Assembly (NCBI GenBank): GCA_017470085.1 | Contig: JAFUFE010000114.1 | Span: 1,721-65,720, forward strand | From: Treponema sp. | Lineage (GTDB): Bacteria; Spirochaetota; Spirochaetia; Treponematales; Treponemataceae | Direction of reading: 5' to 3' | DNA length: 64,000 nucleotides | Shown here: piece by piece, positions 60,001 to 64,000 of the stretch | Layout of the letters: each line of letters starts with the position of its first letter | Position numbering within the stretch: position 1 is the stretch's first letter | Made by a program: the position numbers and the translations under genes | The notes under the pieces: generated by a model | What the model saw: the letters and a program-made list of their open reading frames with translations, nothing else | Database searches by the model: none | What the model was told of the DNA's origin: nothing

Positions 60001-61071
60001 CTATATACGCATGGTGTTGCTTGTGACAATGCCGGGAAAATCTTTCAGCACAATTTTTTCTCCGGTACGTGTCAGCAAAAAACCGTTGAACAGTCCATAC
60101 ACTGCATCATATACTGTATGAAAAAAGAAAATGTGAAAAAGTCGGCGATTTATTGAAATAGGGGTAAACGTAAGATCCACCATGCTCTCTGTATCTTGCA
60201 CAACCCAATTTTTATTGCCACCGAATGGACGGGTAATCATGACCGGCGGCATGAGCGTGGCGTCTCCGTCAACCGTCAGCAGGTTGTCATTATACGTGTC
60301 GGAATCGACGGCATCGGCAGTAGTATTTGCAAATCGGAATATAACGGCACGCTCATCAATCGTGCCGAGCCCACAGGCAGCGTTGCGCGTGGTGTGCGTC
60401 TTGTAAAACATGCGATTCAGCACCATGCAGGAAAGCGCTGGGCTGTCTGCCATGGTGCTACCCGGTTGCCGCTTATCTTTTTTTATAGTGATACAGCCAT
60501 GTGATGGTGTAGACACGATCCATGTTGCAGAGCAGCGACTTGTAGTCGGTGCCGGTGTTACCGAAACGAATTCTTTTAAGTGCGGATTGTCGAATGAAGC
60601 GTGCAGATGCCCGCTGACAGACGGATAGGAGCTGTTGCCCCGCATGTTGAACGTAAGCGTAATGCGGTTCCGGGCACGGTTCCAGGAAATACGGATGTAT
60701 CGTGAGCGACGGAAACTTGTTGTGGCGCTGACGCCGGTGCTGATCGGGATAAAGCGCCGCCGCCCGGTCATAAAACGATGGAAAAAATATTTTTTTCCGG
60801 TGTCGCGGTTCCAAAACAGCACATCCGCCAGTCCGAAAATTTTGTCGTCGAATATTTCAACAAAGCCGATGTACGGTCCAACAGCAAACATATATTTCAT
60901 CCGGCTTTTGATGCGGAAATTGGTAACAATTGACGGCAACGGCAACCCCGCAAATGGCGCTATAATACCCCGGATATCTAGCCGCGCGGGAACGGGAGAA
61001 AAGGTGCCAAAACACGCTGTTCCGTTTCGTACGATGCTTTCAGGTGGCGGTGAAATCGTCCGTGAATACAC
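60001..61071 (-). CDS. Hypothetical protein (356 aa), possibly DUF2804-like (weak recollection)
   Basis: GTG start at 61071 with GAGG 6 nt upstream. The sequence looks beta-rich. Its stop lies 20 nt before the next gene's ATG. Confidence 0.6.
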   Translation of the reverse strand: MYSRTISPPPESIVRNGTACFGTFSPVPARLDIRGIIAPFAGLPLPSIVTNFRIKSRMKYMFAVGPYIGFVEIFDDKIFGLADVLFWNRDTGKKYFFHRFMTGRRRFIPISTGVSATTSFRRSRYIRISWNRARNRITLTFNMRGNSSYPSVSGHLHASFDNPHLKEFVSVTPAPTTSRCSATWIVSTPSHGCITIKKDKRQPGSTMADSPALSCMVLNRMFYKTHTTRNAACGLGTIDERAVIFRFANTTADAVDSDTYNDNLLTVDGDATLMPPVMITRPFGGNKNWVVQDTESMVDLTFTPISINRRLFHIFFFHTVYDAVYGLFNGFLLTRTGEKIVLKDFPGIVTSNTMRI

Positions 61072-61209
61072 ACTATACCTCGAATCCTTTTTAATTAAGG
61101 TGATACGATTATACCCGATGTATCATCATATTGCAAATGGGGTACACTCAGGCGACGCAGCTTACGCCGGGCTGGAGTACCGCCTGAGTGCCGAAGGCAC
61201 GCAGCGCGT

Positions 61210-61251
61210 CCATGGCGAACGGTGTGCCTGCAGGCACACCGTTCGCCATGG
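61210..61251. repeat. Perfect 42-bp palindrome (21-bp arms, no spacer)
   Basis: CCATGGCGAACGGTGTGCCTG / CAGGCACACCGTTCGCCATGG, checked base by base. Lies in the divergent intergenic region. Confidence 0.9.
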
Positions 61252-61376
61252 ATGAGGGCACACCCGAAGTACGGAAGGCCGGATTGCCGCTCGAACTCCG
61301 TTCAAAAAAAAGGCTTGCCGTACTGAAAAAATAGATTTATGATAGATGCCGTTAACGATTACTGGAGAACAACGCT

Positions 61377-62828
61377 ATGGGAATAATCTTGTATTCATTG
61401 GGTGCAGCGGAGGAAGTGACCGGATCGAAACATATTTTTGAAATCGACGGACGTCCGTTCATGGTTGACTGCGGCGCATTTCAGGGAAAACGTCGCGAAG
61501 CTGACGAAAAAAATCGCAGTTTTTCAATTACGGTAGACAAACTTGAGGCGGTTATTTTGACGCACGCGCACTACGATCACTGCGGATTGTTGCCGGTGCT
61601 CGCTAAAAACGGCTACACCGGTAATATTTATGCGACGCCTGCTTCTCGCGATATCGCAAACCTTGTTATGATGGACAGCGCACGTATTCAGGCGCACGAT
61701 GCGGAGTTTCTGCGAAAACGGGCGGCGCGGAAAGGCGAAAAGTTTTCATGGCAGCCGCTGTTTACCGAGCACGATTGTGTTGCTACGGCGAATCAGATTG
61801 TTTCGGTTTCATACAATCGCAAAATGTATATTGCGCCGGATGTGGAGCTTGAATTTTTTGATGCGGGACATATCCTTGGTTCCGCGATGGCGAGCGTAAC
61901 GATTAAAGGTATCCACAGCCGGTTTGCCGCGCCGCATCCCGGCAAGTGCGGTGTCGACGAGCTTTGCATTCTGTACAGCGGTGACCTTGGACGGAAAAAT
62001 CAGCCGATTATACGATCGCCTGCCACAAATATGCCACCGCCTGATTATCTTTTCCTGGAAAGCACGTACGGCAACCGGAAGCACAACGACCGTGCGTTCG
62101 CTATGCACGAGTTGGAACGCATTGTGAACGCGGCAGCAAAGAAAGGAGGGAAGATAATCATTCCGTCGTTTGCGATTGAACGCGCGCAGGAGCTGGTGTT
62201 TTATCTGCATCTATTGGTTGATCAGAAAAAAATTCCGAACATTCCGATTTATGTTGATTCCCCCATGGCAACAAACGCGACTGCGGTTTTCCGCGTGCAT
62301 CAAGAATGTTATGATGATGAAGTGCACGAAGCGTTTTTGAAACATCATAAGAATCCGTTTGGATTCGGTGAACTTCGTTTTACGGCGAGCGTCGATGAGT
62401 CAAAAGCGCTCAACGCGCTTCCCGGTCCGATGATTATCATCAGTGCAGACGGCATGTGTGAGGCAGGCCGCGTGCTCCACCACTTGGCAAATAACATCAG
62501 CAACCCAGATAATACTGTTTTGATTGTCGGCTATATGGCAGAGAACACGCTCGGCCGCCGTATTCGCGACGGTGAAAAAGACGTAAAGATAATGGGCGAC
62601 TGGTACAAAGTCAATGCAACCGTTGAACAGATCGATGCGTTCAGTGCACACGCCGATTACACTGAAATGGCGGAATGGCTCAGCGCCGTTGATACTTCAC
62701 GGTTGAAACAGATTTTTTTAGTGCACGGAGAAAAGGATGCGCAAGCGGCATTTCAGACGTATCTGTCGGAACGCGGCTATAATAACGTAACGATTGTCAA
62801 ATACGGCGAGACGTATGAAATCGGTTAA
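61377..62828 (+). CDS. MBL-fold beta-CASP family hydrolase (RNA-metabolising nuclease-like)
   Basis: 483 aa with HAHYDHCG (HxHxDH), beta-CASP-type segments, and FSAHADYTEMAEWL near the C-terminus. Confidence 0.88.
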   Translation: MGIILYSLGAAEEVTGSKHIFEIDGRPFMVDCGAFQGKRREADEKNRSFSITVDKLEAVILTHAHYDHCGLLPVLAKNGYTGNIYATPASRDIANLVMMDSARIQAHDAEFLRKRAARKGEKFSWQPLFTEHDCVATANQIVSVSYNRKMYIAPDVELEFFDAGHILGSAMASVTIKGIHSRFAAPHPGKCGVDELCILYSGDLGRKNQPIIRSPATNMPPPDYLFLESTYGNRKHNDRAFAMHELERIVNAAAKKGGKIIIPSFAIERAQELVFYLHLLVDQKKIPNIPIYVDSPMATNATAVFRVHQECYDDEVHEAFLKHHKNPFGFGELRFTASVDESKALNALPGPMIIISADGMCEAGRVLHHLANNISNPDNTVLIVGYMAENTLGRRIRDGEKDVKIMGDWYKVNATVEQIDAFSAHADYTEMAEWLSAVDTSRLKQIFLVHGEKDAQAAFQTYLSERGYNNVTIVKYGETYEIG

Positions 62829-62871
62829 CGGCTCCGTGTGTGTGGGGGGGGTACTGACACAGGGGAATGGA

Positions 62872-63091
62872 ATGAGCAAATACAATGCACTGTGGGAATA
62901 TGTGCGCAATAACGACGATACATCGTTTTCGGTGACGTTTGCCGAAATCAAAAAAAATTGCGGGGGTGCCCATCGACCATTCTTTTGTGCGATACAAAAA
63001 GGAACTGACCGAATACGGTTGGTGTGTTGACACAATTTCGATGAAAGCACAGACGGTTACGTTTTCCAAAATCGAAGCAAGCAGCGGGTAA
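62872..63091 (+). pseudogene. Small conserved hypothetical gene interrupted by a +1 frameshift in an A8 run
   Basis: MSKYNALWEYVRNNDDTSFSVTFAEIKK reads into A8 (62950-62957). With A7 the frame continues as IAGVPIDHSFVRYKKELTEYGWCVDTISMKAQTVTFSKIEASSG to the TAA at 63089-63091. Confidence 0.7.
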
Positions 63092-63237
63092 CAGCGGCAC
63101 GGTGCCCAGTGTAAAATTGTGTATTGGTCAAACAAAATCGCATGATTTGAAGTGGTCAATAGACAACTGGCAACGGGAAAACCTGTCAGCATATCTGTAT
63201 TGCTAAAAATCGGCAGCATCACAACGAAAACAGTGCA

Positions 63238-63852
63238 TCACCGTGCTGTTAGGAGCGCCTCCAGTTCGATGTGTGCTGCTTCATACGCGGTAAATATAAT
63301 GCCGCGAATTCCCAGTGCTTCCGCAGCTGCAATATTTTCCGTACGGTCATCGATGAACACACATTCTTTGGCAGAAAGTCGGTAGGTATCCAGCAGCTGT
63401 TGATATATTGCAGAATCGGGTTTGATGCACTGTACATATGCAGAAACAATTTTTCCGTCAACAAAAGGCAAAAAGGTAAAGACCGTTGTGGCGTGCAGCT
63501 CAAAAAAACTCCGCGGATAATTTGACAGCAGATAGATTTTATAGCCGCGGCCGCGTAATGTTTTGAGCCACTGTGCAGCGTACGGAAACTCCCGCACCAA
63601 ATCTTTTCGACCGCACGCAAAAAAGCGGTCGAACGCATCGCGATAGTGCGCCGGAGTTTCGGCACGCATTGCAGCGATGACATCAGCTTCTGGAATGATC
63701 CCGCGATCGAGTTCTTGCCACCGTTCGCTTTGAAACGTTGTCCGCGAAATCGCCGCTGTTGTTTCCACATCTATGCCCATGTGTTCCATTACCCATTGCG
63801 GGCGAAATTCCACGAGCACGCTGCCAATATCAAAGATGATGTTTCGTATCAC
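63238..63852 (-). CDS. HAD-superfamily hydrolase (subfamily IA-like)
   Basis: 204 aa from a GTG start. Motif I-like IIFDIGSVLV; late motif VFIDDRTENI. Confidence 0.8.
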   Translation of the reverse strand: MIRNIIFDIGSVLVEFRPQWVMEHMGIDVETTAAISRTTFQSERWQELDRGIIPEADVIAAMRAETPAHYRDAFDRFFACGRKDLVREFPYAAQWLKTLRGRGYKIYLLSNYPRSFFELHATTVFTFLPFVDGKIVSAYVQCIKPDSAIYQQLLDTYRLSAKECVFIDDRTENIAAAEALGIRGIIFTAYEAAHIELEALLTAR

Positions 63853-63867
63853 TGCCGTTCCTTCATG

Positions 63868-64000
63868 TTATTGCTTATCGCGCCGTGTGGTACGGGCAGC
63901 TTTCCTTTCCGCAATGCTCTCCGCAATACGGGCGCGCATCAAAGAAAGCGCTTCTTTATAATTAACACTTGACGCTTCCGGGAACAAACGCAGTAAACGT
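63868..64000 (-). CDS. C-terminal fragment of an unidentified gene (runs off window end)
   Basis: Open minus-strand frame ...NYKEALSLMRARIAESIAERKAARTTRRDKQ with TAA at 63868-63870. Confidence 0.4.
   Translation of the reverse strand, partial: RLLRLFPEASSVNYKEALSLMRARIAESIAERKAARTTRRDKQ

Overview
The window is mostly a core translation and transcription locus, all on the minus strand. Reading right to left: tRNA-Thr, rpmG, tRNA-Trp, secE, nusG, rplKAJL, rpoB, rpoC, rpsL, rpsG, then tuf, rpsJ and the S10/spc ribosomal-protein operons through rplO into the 5' end of secY. EF-Tu and the overall gene content look spirochaete (Treponema-like), but that is from memory and low confidence.

Between rpsG and tuf, where fusA sits in many bacteria, there is a ~13.4 kb block of unrelated genes:
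- a DUF1189-like membrane protein;
- a Cache/HAMP chemoreceptor;
- a repeat-rich 765-bp spacer;
- a BKACE / GntP permease / 3-hydroxyacyl-dehydrogenase operon;
- a PAS-AAA+ sigma-54 activator;
- a DASS-type permease;
- a CoA-transferase.

I read three near-consensus -24/-12 sigma-54 promoters in front of exactly these three transcription units. This is my best candidate for an undescribed system: a one-component, sigma-54-controlled beta-keto-acid cleavage pathway with an unknown substrate.

The right half (38-64 kb) is metabolic and transport:
- cysE and a second GntP permease;
- a PGM / DUF4954-like / HD-hydrolase operon;
- a polar amino-acid ABC system and a PF04392-type ABC system;
- metY, TctAB and tRNA-Cys;
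- two unknown genes, a beta-CASP MBL nuclease and a HAD hydrolase.

Other observations:
- homopolymer tracts inside or next to small genes (a G9 inside a small exported-looking protein; an A8 frameshift plus (GT)4G8 at a small conserved gene);
- a ~65-bp tandem repeat family with a covarying hairpin, present at two loci in opposite orientation;
- very long perfect palindromes;
- long 5' leaders;
- an L10 with a ~70-aa Ala/Pro/Glu-rich tail.

No CRISPR array, rRNA, transposase or integrase was seen. All family names come from reading the translations, not from searches.
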